Below are positions 11,626 to 20,185 of a stretch of 52,840 nt of DNA, one piece after another; the first letter of the stretch is position 1, and every line of letters starts with the position of its first letter. Both the position numbers and the translations under genes were made by a program. Under the pieces are notes generated by a model, which had not been told where the DNA came from, ran no database searches, and saw only the letters and a program-made list of their open reading frames with translations. The DNA is from a virus (taxonomy: Duplodnaviria; Caudoviricetes). The stretch is from the IMG/VR virus record IMGVR_UViG_3300042350_002745, positions 1 through 52,840 of that record; one strand, written 5' to 3'.

Positions 11626-11882
11626 TGTTTGGAAAACTCCGACTCAGGCAACGCCGTCTCGCTGTTCGCCTTGCCCGTAAATACAACGGACAATTCAACG
11701 GCGACACCGACAAGATCAAGGAAGCTATTGAAAAAGATGAATCGCTGGTAGGGATCGACCCTGCTATGGTCATCTTGTTCATCCAACTGGTTTTGGCCGT
11801 CATCAAGTATTTCCAAGACCGGAAAACTTCCGGTGTGGAAAGCGATGATGATGACGTTCTAGCAGGTGTGGGGGCCGACTAA
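11625..11882 (+). CDS. Small membrane protein (85 aa)
   Basis: One hydrophobic helix IDPAMVILFIQLVLAVIKYF; translational coupling. Confidence 0.7.
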   Translation: MFGKLRLRQRRLAVRLARKYNGQFNGDTDKIKEAIEKDESLVGIDPAMVILFIQLVLAVIKYFQDRKTSGVESDDDDVLAGVGAD

Positions 11883-12184
11883 TGGACTTCACTACCATGC
11901 TAGGTCTGGGCCTACTCGCTTTTGGTTTGTACTGGGTTGCCAGCGGGAAGAAACCCGCTGTCGACCCCCAGTCACAACTGGCTGATCTTATCAACCAGTT
12001 GCGTCCAAAGCCTGTGGAAGTTGCCCAAGAACCTGCGGTCGTCAAGATCGACCGCGACAAGGCCATCGACGCCGTCGAAGTCCTCGTCGACTACTTCGAG
12101 CAACGAGGGACCGCAGAGGCTATTGAGCCTCTGCAATCCATCTTCCAACTGATCCTCACCCCACCTTCAACCCCAAAGGCATAA
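11882..12184 (+). CDS. Membrane-anchored protein (100 aa)
   Basis: N-terminal TM segment; coupled start. Confidence 0.7.
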   Translation: MDFTTMLGLGLLAFGLYWVASGKKPAVDPQSQLADLINQLRPKPVEVAQEPAVVKIDRDKAIDAVEVLVDYFEQRGTAEAIEPLQSIFQLILTPPSTPKA

Positions 12185-12186
12185 CC

Positions 12187-12390
12187 GTGGATTTCATCGC
12201 ACTTTTCGTCAAGTCCAAACGCAACGTAGTTGCTGTGGTTACCCTCGTACCGTTGCTTTACCAAGCGGTTCAGGCCCTTCAAGCAGGCGAGCCGATTCCC
12301 GAAGTTGTGCTTCTCGGGATCGGGGCCATCGTTTCGACTTGGATCTTGGGCGACTCCGTTCGCCCAACGATGCCCAAGACCAAGGAGTAG
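12187..12390 (+). CDS. Holin-like two-TM protein (67 aa)
   Basis: KSKR then two hydrophobic segments and a charged C-terminus. Confidence 0.5.
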   Translation: MDFIALFVKSKRNVVAVVTLVPLLYQAVQALQAGEPIPEVVLLGIGAIVSTWILGDSVRPTMPKTKE

Positions 12391-12393
12391 GAC

Positions 12394-12777
12394 ATGGACC
12401 GCAACCGAGTCGGCCCTTGGCTGATGATCGCGGGCGGTCTGCTCCTACTGTTCGGAAACAAACTGCCCCAGCAATGGGGCAGTTTTGCAACAAATGTAGC
12501 GGGTTCGACTGTCGTGTTGGTCAATGAGAAAACTGCGGCAACCGTCGATCAGACGATTGCCTTGCGGAGTGCCAATGAGTTTGTTGAGGCCAACAAACTC
12601 AAAGGCTACCGTAACGCAGATCGCGACGACGAATGGGCAAAGCCCATCGTCGAAGCGGGTCGAGCTAAGAAGCTCGAACCGCCTGTTGTTGGGTACGTTG
12701 ATCTGAAAGACGGCAACGTCTCCAAGGTACGCAAAGTCGTACCTTGGAAATCTTCGTTCGAGGAGTCATTGAAATGA
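12394..12777 (+). CDS. Membrane-anchored/exported protein (127 aa)
   Basis: N-terminal hydrophobic segment; GGAG upstream. Confidence 0.7.
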   Translation: MDRNRVGPWLMIAGGLLLLFGNKLPQQWGSFATNVAGSTVVLVNEKTAATVDQTIALRSANEFVEANKLKGYRNADRDDEWAKPIVEAGRAKKLEPPVVGYVDLKDGNVSKVRKVVPWKSSFEESLK

Positions 12778-13670
12778 GCGGCGAGCAAGAAATCTTCACC
12801 CTCCCAGACGGCTCCAAAGTCGTAGCTGGTTGTGTGGCCCCAACACCCGCAGAGCGTGCGTTGGTGGCCGACATGCCTGTCTATGGCGAGGAGTTCTATC
12901 TCGAAGCCAGCGACATCGAGAAGTCCCTCAAAGGGGACGTTTACAAGCAAATGCGAAAGCGTCGTCAGGCTTGGGTCTTGAACCAAGCCAGACTCGGGAA
13001 ATGCAATGCGTCGGCCACGGTCAGTGCTTCCCACAACCGCAGGGATCTCGATGGACTCCCCCACATCGTCCTGAGTGACTGTTACCTGTACATGCACATC
13101 AACCGAGGCAGAGATCAAGGATCTCTGCTCCAAGACGGCATGGAGTGGGCCAAGCGAGGCTTGGCCCCTCGGAAGCTGAACTCGAATGGGGAAGCGTACA
13201 CGATTCCCCACGACATCTACCTCAAGAACCAGATGCCTGAGAAGTGGTACAAGGCGGCGCAGGAAGCGGCCACCATGTACACTTCCTTCGAGGCGTACAA
13301 ACTTCCGGTAGGTGACTACCGGACGTTCAAAATCGCCCTCGCGAGCGCGCTCGCGAGGGATCACCAAGTGGTCCACGCTTGGCACGTCGGGAACAACTCG
13401 ATGCGATTGCAGAACGGCTACGCCGTTCAAGGCAATGGGGTAGGCAACCACGCCACGCTTTTTCACTCTGGGAAGTGGGTAGGTGGTGATGATCTGGTTC
13501 ACCCAGACATCGAGAACTCTTGGGGACCAAGCTCCAATCCAATGTACGGGCCGACCGGCTCGCAAGGGTGGGGTGAAAACGGCTTTGGCCTTTTCACCAT
13601 GCAGAATGCCTTTCAATGTACGAAGTGGCATGACTTCTGGGTGTTTGTAGGAAACAAGGTGCGCGAATGA
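12774..13670 (+). CDS. Papain-like (clan CA, C1-type) cysteine peptidase
   Basis: Oxyanion Gln and catalytic Cys in NQARLGKCNASA, His in GNHA, Asn in ENSWG, then GWGENGFG. Confidence 0.85.
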   Translation: MSGEQEIFTLPDGSKVVAGCVAPTPAERALVADMPVYGEEFYLEASDIEKSLKGDVYKQMRKRRQAWVLNQARLGKCNASATVSASHNRRDLDGLPHIVLSDCYLYMHINRGRDQGSLLQDGMEWAKRGLAPRKLNSNGEAYTIPHDIYLKNQMPEKWYKAAQEAATMYTSFEAYKLPVGDYRTFKIALASALARDHQVVHAWHVGNNSMRLQNGYAVQGNGVGNHATLFHSGKWVGGDDLVHPDIENSWGPSSNPMYGPTGSQGWGENGFGLFTMQNAFQCTKWHDFWVFVGNKVRE

Positions 13671-14146
13671 AAGATCAAGACAAGAACCTAGCCGTCATCC
13701 TCGGACTGTTGCTGGCAACAGTCCTCCTAGGGTGGGGATTCACCCACAGGGGTGAATCCAAGTCCGAAGTCAGCAAGCAATGCAGCAACGCTGCTTGCCC
13801 CTGCGAGGATTGCACTTGCAAGGATTGCAAGTGCGGGATCGAGCCTGAGCAGGGAGCCGGGGCGAAGCCTCCGGGGAAGTCTCAAGTTTCGGCTCCTAAG
13901 CCGAAACTTGAGATGTTCAGCGTCCCTAACTGCCCACCATGCAAGACAGACAAGAGCCAGATCGGCTCTTGGGTGGATGCTGGTTGGGACGTGACCATCT
14001 ACGAGAGCGATTTTCGAGAATCTGGTAAAATGTATCCCTGGTACAAAGTCACCGAAGTCGATGGCCGACAATACACGTTCCAAGGCCCCCTATCCACCGA
14101 CAAGGTAGAGAGAGAGCGTCGAAATGCTTCTGGCACAAGTCGTTGA
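13667..14146 (+). CDS. Exported thioredoxin/glutaredoxin-like protein with a metallothionein-like Cys cluster
   Basis: N-terminal signal/TM, CSNAACPCEDCTCKDCKC, then MFSVPNCPPCK CxxC motif. Confidence 0.7.
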   Translation: MKDQDKNLAVILGLLLATVLLGWGFTHRGESKSEVSKQCSNAACPCEDCTCKDCKCGIEPEQGAGAKPPGKSQVSAPKPKLEMFSVPNCPPCKTDKSQIGSWVDAGWDVTIYESDFRESGKMYPWYKVTEVDGRQYTFQGPLSTDKVERERRNASGTSR

Positions 14147-14480
14147 TCCTTCGCAAGCGAAGGAGTGGTTGACCGAAACAAACTACACCGTCACCGGTGT
14201 AGCTTTGGTCATTCTCGCTGCCGTGGCGTTCGCCTTGTGGCGAGTATGTGGTTGGATCGGTAAGGAGTTTTTGATTCCCTGTAGGGACAAGCTATTCCTG
14301 GCCGTAGACAAGCTGCTCTCCAACTTGGAACAGAATACGGGAACTATGCAAGACGTGTCTTGCAGTTTACAAAAACTGTCGGTTCTACCTGAGAAAGTCG
14401 ACGGCCTTTCTAGTCAGGTTTCTGACTTGTCGCAGCGCATGGATAGTGTGGATCGACACCTGAATCACAAAAATTCCTAG
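14124..14480 (+). CDS. Membrane protein with C-terminal coiled coil (118 aa)
   Basis: TM segment TGVALVILAAVAFALW plus heptad-like tail. Confidence 0.65.
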   Translation: MLLAQVVDPSQAKEWLTETNYTVTGVALVILAAVAFALWRVCGWIGKEFLIPCRDKLFLAVDKLLSNLEQNTGTMQDVSCSLQKLSVLPEKVDGLSSQVSDLSQRMDSVDRHLNHKNS

Positions 14481-15064
14481 TGGAGACTGCTGTGACCTCC
14501 GAAGAACTGAAAGTATTGATTCGTTTAGTCCCCGGCTGGGAGTCCAAGACTTCGCAAGAAGTCTTGGATGCACTCCAAGAGGAAAACATTCCATTCGAGA
14601 ACTCGGGTGATTTTACGTGGAAGGGGCTAGCGTCTGTTTGGGTTCCCGAGACGGGAATGCGATTTGGTAGGGGCGGGTGTAAACTGCTGCAAGACATTCT
14701 CTTGCAGCAGGGGGAAACTTGGGCTATCTCGCAGCTATCTTCTGGGATGCCCTTGAACGATGTTGACATCCAAAACACGTTCAACTTTCTCGACCAAGTA
14801 GGCTTGGTCCCAGGAGCAAGACACCTCGCAAGAGAAGTCAAACGAAACATCAGCCTGCTCGAACAAGCTCGAATCCAAGAGCGCATCGAAAGGTTCCACA
14901 TCGAGATTGAAGTCCCAAGCATCGAAGAAATCGAAGCCTGTTTGTTTGCGATGAAGCTGGCCGATCTGCGAGTCTTGCGAGAAGAACAGATGTGGGACCG
15001 AGTACAGGCCTACAGGATCGCCTTAACTGCGTATAACGGCATTGGCCGAGAACCGGACTTGTAA
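14480..15064 (+). CDS. Hypothetical protein (194 aa)
   Basis: Coupled to both neighbours. Confidence 0.7.
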   Translation: METAVTSEELKVLIRLVPGWESKTSQEVLDALQEENIPFENSGDFTWKGLASVWVPETGMRFGRGGCKLLQDILLQQGETWAISQLSSGMPLNDVDIQNTFNFLDQVGLVPGARHLAREVKRNISLLEQARIQERIERFHIEIEVPSIEEIEACLFAMKLADLRVLREEQMWDRVQAYRIALTAYNGIGREPDL

Positions 15065-15729
15065 TGGCGATCTCGCGAGTCAGTTTTTCAACCAACAACG
15101 GAACAGGCGTTACCCTTGGTACTCACGCCAAGGGCAACACAATTTTGTATCTTGCGTACAACCAGGGCTCGGGCGTTATTCCTACACTGCCTACAGGCGT
15201 GCTAGGGCTGTACAATCGCTCTAGCAGTAGTGGTTCGCAGCGGATCGGTTATTACATCGCGGACTCGGCATCCGAAACAGTCGGTACTACTGGGTGGACT
15301 AATGCCGACAACGTGACTGCCTTGGCTTACAGCGGCGGTTCAAGCTCAATCGTTGTGCCTTCTTTTTTGTCCGTTGGTTCAGGTACTTCGACAACTATTA
15401 CCTATACCGCGCAAGTCGCTGGTACGCTGAAAGAAAATGCCGCCGACCTCTGGTTAGTGGGATTCGGCATGAATAACAGCGTTTTGAACAACCTTTCTTC
15501 GCTGGCTCCCTCTGGAATGTCGAGCATTAACAATTCGGTCGGAACTAATTTTGAGGTCGCGACCTACGACACAAGCGCAACTCGAACAACCGCATGGCCG
15601 TCAACGAACGTGACCGCAGCCAACTCCGCGACGTACTTCACTATCGTGATTGAACTGCTTGAGCTTGACCATCGGGTTGCTGGTGGTGGTGGATCGTACT
15701 CTCCAATCGACAACCTCTTGATAGGGTAA
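15064..15729 (+). CDS. Putative virion structural protein (Ser/Thr/Gly-rich beta protein)
   Basis: Composition and position within the morphogenesis module. Confidence 0.6.
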   Translation: MAISRVSFSTNNGTGVTLGTHAKGNTILYLAYNQGSGVIPTLPTGVLGLYNRSSSSGSQRIGYYIADSASETVGTTGWTNADNVTALAYSGGSSSIVVPSFLSVGSGTSTTITYTAQVAGTLKENAADLWLVGFGMNNSVLNNLSSLAPSGMSSINNSVGTNFEVATYDTSATRTTAWPSTNVTAANSATYFTIVIELLELDHRVAGGGGSYSPIDNLLIG

Positions 15730-15731
15730 CC

Positions 15732-17420
15732 ATGTCCGACAAATACATTGGAGACTTCAAAAAAGGACAGCAGATTCGTGTCAAGTTCAACACGTTTAGT
15801 CAGGCGTTGATTCCGACTGCCCCGTCAGTCGCTTTGGAGGTTGCGATCTACAAAGATTCGGCTACAGAAATCACCACGACTGGAATCACACAGCCGACGC
15901 CAAACTTTGATTCCAAGAACGGCCTGCACGAGCTGGTGATCGACACTTCCGATGCTGTGTACGAAGCCGCCAAAGACTATGACATTGTCATCACCGCAGG
16001 CACAGTTGACGGAAAGGATCTCACTCGAACGATCCTTCGGACATTCTCGATTGAGAATCGAAACGTCGATGCCAACGTCACGAAGATCGCAGGGCAGACG
16101 GCTAGTGCCGCTGCCCCCGTGGCGTTCCCGGCGAGTGTGGCAAATGAATCAACGGTAAGCAACCGGCCAACACTGGTCCAGATCGAAGGCTCGACAGTTT
16201 TGGCAAAGAAAAGCGATGTCCCAACAGCATCGGCTATCGCCGATGCTGTCCTAGAGGAAAGTGTCGACGCCCACGACAACGTGGCCCACAGCCTCGCCAA
16301 GTACATCAGCATCATCAAGAAGGCAAACACAGTCATCGAGGGTACGGTGACCTCAGCGGTCACTCCGACTTCGACAACCTTCTCCTCCAACGTCAACTAC
16401 CCAACCGGGGCATTCAAGCACGCTGTTTTGGTGTTCTTGACATCTGCGGCGATCAACGAGCAGAACAGCCCAATCACAGGCTATGTCAACACCAACGGAG
16501 TGTTCACGGTCGAAGAACCGTTTACGGTTGCTCCGACCGTAGGCGACCAATTCATCGTCATCCCGACTGTTCACGTCCACTCCGTGGCCGCGATCCAGTC
16601 GGGCTTGGCTACCAGCACAGCGTTGGCCGCCGTGGCGACCAACGTGACTGCTCTAGTCACCCGAATCCCCGCAACCTTGTTTGCGGGTATTACGTCCCTA
16701 GCCAACTGGCTAGGGGCCATCGCAGGCAAGACCGCTGACTCGACCACCCGCACGCAGATCAACGCCACGACCGCCGGAGCGAATTTTAACGAGACGACCG
16801 ATTCGCTCGAAGCGATCCGAGATCGCGGCGATGCGGCTTGGATCACCGGGGCGACCGGCCAAGGGTCGGGCGCGAGGATCGTGACGATCACTGTCCGAGA
16901 TTCCTCGGCCAGCCCCGTCGAAGCAGCTACGGTTCGCGTGTACCGCGCGGGGGAAACCTACGCTGGGGTTACCAACGCTAGCGGGGTCACATCATTCAGT
17001 CTCGATGACGCGACGTTTACCGTCGCGATCACCGCCGCCGGATTCAGCTTCACGCCTGTTTCGCTGGTAGTCAGCGGGAACGTCTCCCAGACGTACACGC
17101 TGACGAGTACCGGTGGAGTCACGCCGAGCGTGGCTCCACGGACAACGGGCTTCTGGACCGTGAACGATGTCAACGGGGTCGCTCAGGCAGGGGCGCAGGT
17201 GACGATCCAAGCATCGTCACCGCCGCCGGGGTCGACAGGATTGGCGATGGAGGATGCTCCTCGGACGGCAACCGCCGACAATCAAGGGGTGGTCCAGTTC
17301 AACAACCTTGTCAAAGGTGCGACGTACATCGTCTACCGAACCGGAAGCTCCCGGAAGTACAACATCGTCGTCCCCAGCACCGCTGGGGACTCCGTGGCAC
17401 TCGGCTCAATCGTAGGGTAG
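15732..17420 (+). CDS. Putative virion protein with C-terminal Ig/carboxypeptidase-regulatory-like beta domains (562 aa)
   Basis: VTITVRDSSASPVEAATVRV...TNASGVTSF and TADNQGVVQFNNL patterns; Ala/Thr-rich. Confidence 0.6.
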   Translation: MSDKYIGDFKKGQQIRVKFNTFSQALIPTAPSVALEVAIYKDSATEITTTGITQPTPNFDSKNGLHELVIDTSDAVYEAAKDYDIVITAGTVDGKDLTRTILRTFSIENRNVDANVTKIAGQTASAAAPVAFPASVANESTVSNRPTLVQIEGSTVLAKKSDVPTASAIADAVLEESVDAHDNVAHSLAKYISIIKKANTVIEGTVTSAVTPTSTTFSSNVNYPTGAFKHAVLVFLTSAAINEQNSPITGYVNTNGVFTVEEPFTVAPTVGDQFIVIPTVHVHSVAAIQSGLATSTALAAVATNVTALVTRIPATLFAGITSLANWLGAIAGKTADSTTRTQINATTAGANFNETTDSLEAIRDRGDAAWITGATGQGSGARIVTITVRDSSASPVEAATVRVYRAGETYAGVTNASGVTSFSLDDATFTVAITAAGFSFTPVSLVVSGNVSQTYTLTSTGGVTPSVAPRTTGFWTVNDVNGVAQAGAQVTIQASSPPPGSTGLAMEDAPRTATADNQGVVQFNNLVKGATYIVYRTGSSRKYNIVVPSTAGDSVALGSIVG

Positions 17421-17424
17421 TCAA

Positions 17425-17826
17425 ATGGCAAGAACAACGCTGGCTGCGGTCAACAAGATCATCCAATACGATTCGACGAACGTGCTTGACCCGCAGTTGA
17501 TGATCGACAGCGCATCGCTGATGGTCACCAACGTCATCGGTGTCGCACTCAACGAGGCGACAGCCGAGTTGGTGGAACGCTACCTAGCGGCTCACCTGAT
17601 TGCCATCAGTGACCCGCGACTCCAAAGTGAGCAAGTCAAAACGATCCAAGCCTCCTACCAAGTCCGTCTTTCAGACGGACTTGGCATCACGCACTTCGGG
17701 ACCACGGCCATGATGCTTGATTCTAGCGGCAAACTTGCCGTCTGGAACAACAAGGTGGTCAAAGGCATGGTCAAGTTTGACCTGTTCTGGGCAGGCAAGG
17801 AGGCGGCTACGGATGTCACTTATTAA
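17425..17826 (+). CDS. Head-tail adaptor
   Basis: ERYLAAHL...THFGTTAMMLD pattern, 133 aa, first of the neck genes. Confidence 0.7.
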   Translation: MARTTLAAVNKIIQYDSTNVLDPQLMIDSASLMVTNVIGVALNEATAELVERYLAAHLIAISDPRLQSEQVKTIQASYQVRLSDGLGITHFGTTAMMLDSSGKLAVWNNKVVKGMVKFDLFWAGKEAATDVTY

Positions 17827-18157
17827 GCGATGCCAACGCCAAACCCTGGTCTTTTGGCCCAGGGTTGGCACACAAAAGACCGGCGAACCCATCTGGGGTT
17901 CGCCGGTCGAGTACACCTGCCGGTGGGAGGAAATGCTCAAGGAAGTGATTTCCAACACCAACACCCGAGTCATGTCTCGGGTGCAAACGATCACGCAAGT
18001 CCGCCTACAGGTAGGCGGACTGATGCGACTCGGGACGCTGGCCGACACAGCCTACTGGGACAACCCTAAGCAGAATCCAGACGTGTACGAGGTCATCGAC
18101 TCGTCGATGACCCCCAACCTGCGGAACACCGAGACTCTGTACGAGGCTTGCGGGTAA
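17813..18157 (+). CDS. Head closure protein
   Basis: GEPIWGSPVEYTCRWEE pattern; position. Confidence 0.6.
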   Translation: MSLIKRCQRQTLVFWPRVGTQKTGEPIWGSPVEYTCRWEEMLKEVISNTNTRVMSRVQTITQVRLQVGGLMRLGTLADTAYWDNPKQNPDVYEVIDSSMTPNLRNTETLYEACG

Positions 18158-18573
18158 TGAAAGTCACGGTACTGGGGCTTCCGGAATTGGAGAAAGCTCT
18201 TGGCAAGTATGCCAAGAGCCTCGGCACAGCCTTTGCAAAAGGCTGTGAGGATGCCGCCGAGACGTTCTTGAACAGAACGGACGTTCTGGTCAAGTACGAA
18301 ACCGGAGCCCTTCGGGAATCCGGGGTCTGGTTTCAGGAGAAGGAGGGTTTCCAAACGGAAACCATCATCGGGTACGGGGCGAAGATCACTACCGACTACT
18401 ACCGAGAAGGCAGAGACTACCCCCAACAACCCGAACTGTACGCTCGCAGGCAGCATGAGGACATCGCAGGGGCGTTGTTCCCCGTCACGACCGACGAGTG
18501 GATTGTTCATGGGATCAACTACTTCTCGGAAGATATGAGCAACCTGATCGTACAGGAGATGTCCAGAGTATGA
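18157..18573 (+). CDS. Neck/tail completion protein (HK97 gp10-like)
   Basis: V-x-GLPELEKAL...VKYETGALRES...YARRQHE pattern. Confidence 0.7.
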   Translation: MKVTVLGLPELEKALGKYAKSLGTAFAKGCEDAAETFLNRTDVLVKYETGALRESGVWFQEKEGFQTETIIGYGAKITTDYYREGRDYPQQPELYARRQHEDIAGALFPVTTDEWIVHGINYFSEDMSNLIVQEMSRV

Positions 18574-18962
18574 CCGGCGCAGAAGCATTAGCAGAAGTGG
18601 TCGAGACGAATCTCCCAAACTTGGGGTATTCGATCTTCATTAACCACGTCCCCGACGAGCCAGACAACGCGATCCTGATCTACGAGATCGGCAGAGGCCG
18701 ACTCGAACCTCGCCTCCACCGCACCGGAAAACGCGAGGAGCATCCTCGCGTTGAAGTCCGTGTTAGGGGCGTGGATTCCGCCGCAGGCGGAATCCTCAGG
18801 CAAATCTCCGACATGACGGAATCCGTGTACGGATTCCCGCTGTCGAACGGCCAAAAATTGCAAGTCATTACCAAATCTAATACAATAGGATTCTCTGGGC
18901 AAGAGCAACAGACCCGGCGATACCACTACGCACAACAATTCCTGCTGACCATTACGGGGTAA
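18570..18962 (+). CDS. Tail terminator-like protein
   Basis: PDEPDNAILIYE...EHPRVEVRVRG; immediately before the tail tube gene. Confidence 0.65.
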   Translation: MTGAEALAEVVETNLPNLGYSIFINHVPDEPDNAILIYEIGRGRLEPRLHRTGKREEHPRVEVRVRGVDSAAGGILRQISDMTESVYGFPLSNGQKLQVITKSNTIGFSGQEQQTRRYHYAQQFLLTITG

Positions 18963-18965
18963 ACG

Positions 18966-19430
18966 ATGCCTAAGCTGCCTGACGGATTCAAAACACTGAT
19001 CGCCATTTCTGGGATCACGGCACTTTTCGAGGAAATCGAAGTAACGCCACCCGAGTTGGACGCCAACGGCGTCATCGACCAGACCACGATGCGGAACACC
19101 CGCTATCGAACCAACCTCGGCAAGAAGCTGGTCACCTTTGGTCCTAGCTCTATTGTCGTGGCCTATGACCCTGCGGTCATCGGCCAGATGCACAACATCC
19201 TCGGGTCGAACCGATACATCACAATCACCTTCCCTGATGGGGCTCTTTTGAGCTTCTACGCCGTTGTGAACAAGTTCACTCCAGATGCCCTCAAAGAAGG
19301 CGAACGACCTCAGGCTACTTTGGAATTGATTCCAAGTAACCTGTCAACCGCCGCAACCCCAGTGGAAACCGCTCCGGTTTTTGCCACGGGAACCACGGCG
19401 ACCACGACCACCACGACGCTTGCTCCGTAA
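18966..19430 (+). CDS. Major tail (tube) protein with a C-terminal poly-Thr tail
   Basis: VTPPELD...IDQTTM...YDP...ITITFPDG pattern; position; ends ATGTTATTTTTTLAP. Confidence 0.8.
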   Translation: MPKLPDGFKTLIAISGITALFEEIEVTPPELDANGVIDQTTMRNTRYRTNLGKKLVTFGPSSIVVAYDPAVIGQMHNILGSNRYITITFPDGALLSFYAVVNKFTPDALKEGERPQATLELIPSNLSTAATPVETAPVFATGTTATTTTTTLAP

Positions 19431-19453
19431 GCGTCTCGACACTTGTTTGTTTC

Positions 19454-19482
19454 AGGCGAACACTTGTGTTCGCCTTTTTTTT
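19454..19482 (+). terminator. Intrinsic terminator after tail tube gene
   Basis: AGGCGAACAC-tt-GTGTTCGCCT followed by a T-run. Confidence 0.75.
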
Positions 19483-19502
19483 AGCAGAAGGGTGACCTGA
19501 TT

Positions 19503-19868
19503 ATGTCCGAACCAGTAGTACGTGTCTCAATCCTCCGCAAGTCGCAACCTGTCGAACTCGAAATCACCGAGGGTGAATACGTTCGCTACTCCGTCAAGGA
19601 GATGAACGGGGCACAGCGGGATGAATACTTCAACAAGACCGCAAACCGAACCACTCGCGATGCGAGTGGTGAAGTCATCGGCATGAAAGACTACAAGGGG
19701 CTGTACAGCACCTTGCTGTCGTTCTGCCTCTACGACGCAGACGGTAAGGCTATTCCGGAATCGAAGATTCAGGAATGGCCCGATACGGCGCAGAAGGCGT
19801 TGTTTGAGGTCGCTCGCGACCTCAACGGGCTTAACGCCAAGCAGGGAGACGACTCAAAAAACGATTAA
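19503..19868 (+). CDS. Tail assembly chaperone (G)
   Basis: Between tail tube and tape measure; ends at slippery A AAA AAC. Confidence 0.8.
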   Translation: MSEPVVRVSILRKSQPVELEITEGEYVRYSVKEMNGAQRDEYFNKTANRTTRDASGEVIGMKDYKGLYSTLLSFCLYDADGKAIPESKIQEWPDTAQKALFEVARDLNGLNAKQGDDSKND

Positions 19869-20185
19869 CGCCAGAACAGTACCTTTGGTACAAGCTGGCG
19901 CATGAACTCGGATGGCCCGTATCGTTGATTAAGCAGTTGACCACGGTGTCTGAATTTGACGAATGGCAGGCGTACTTTGAAGAACGCATGTCCTATTCAG
20001 ACAAGTCAGACTACTACGCTGCGGCTACGATACGGGCCATTTTCGCTTCCCAGGGAGCGAAAGTGTCCCGCAACGTGGGTGACTTTTTGTTGGACTTCAA
20101 GACACCGAACACTCGACAAACCAACACCCAAGACTCGCGAAGCATTTGGTTTCGCATTTTAGGGATGGGACAGGAGACTGAGTAA
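19856..20185 (+). CDS. Tail assembly chaperone frameshift extension (GT) via programmed -1 frameshift
   Basis: Heptamer A AAA AAC at 19856-19862; -1 frame reads RLTPEQYLWYKLAHELGWPVSLIKQLTTVSEFDEWQAYF to 20185. Confidence 0.8.
   Translation, partial: KKRLTPEQYLWYKLAHELGWPVSLIKQLTTVSEFDEWQAYFEERMSYSDKSDYYAAATIRAIFASQGAKVSRNVGDFLLDFKTPNTRQTNTQDSRSIWFRILGMGQETE

Noticed and set aside
12606-13631. 341-aa minus-strand ORF and other long antisense ORFs (e.g. 24930-25874, 9261-9971)
   Set aside because: Shadows of well-supported genes on the opposite strand in GC-rich DNA, with no recognisable motifs.
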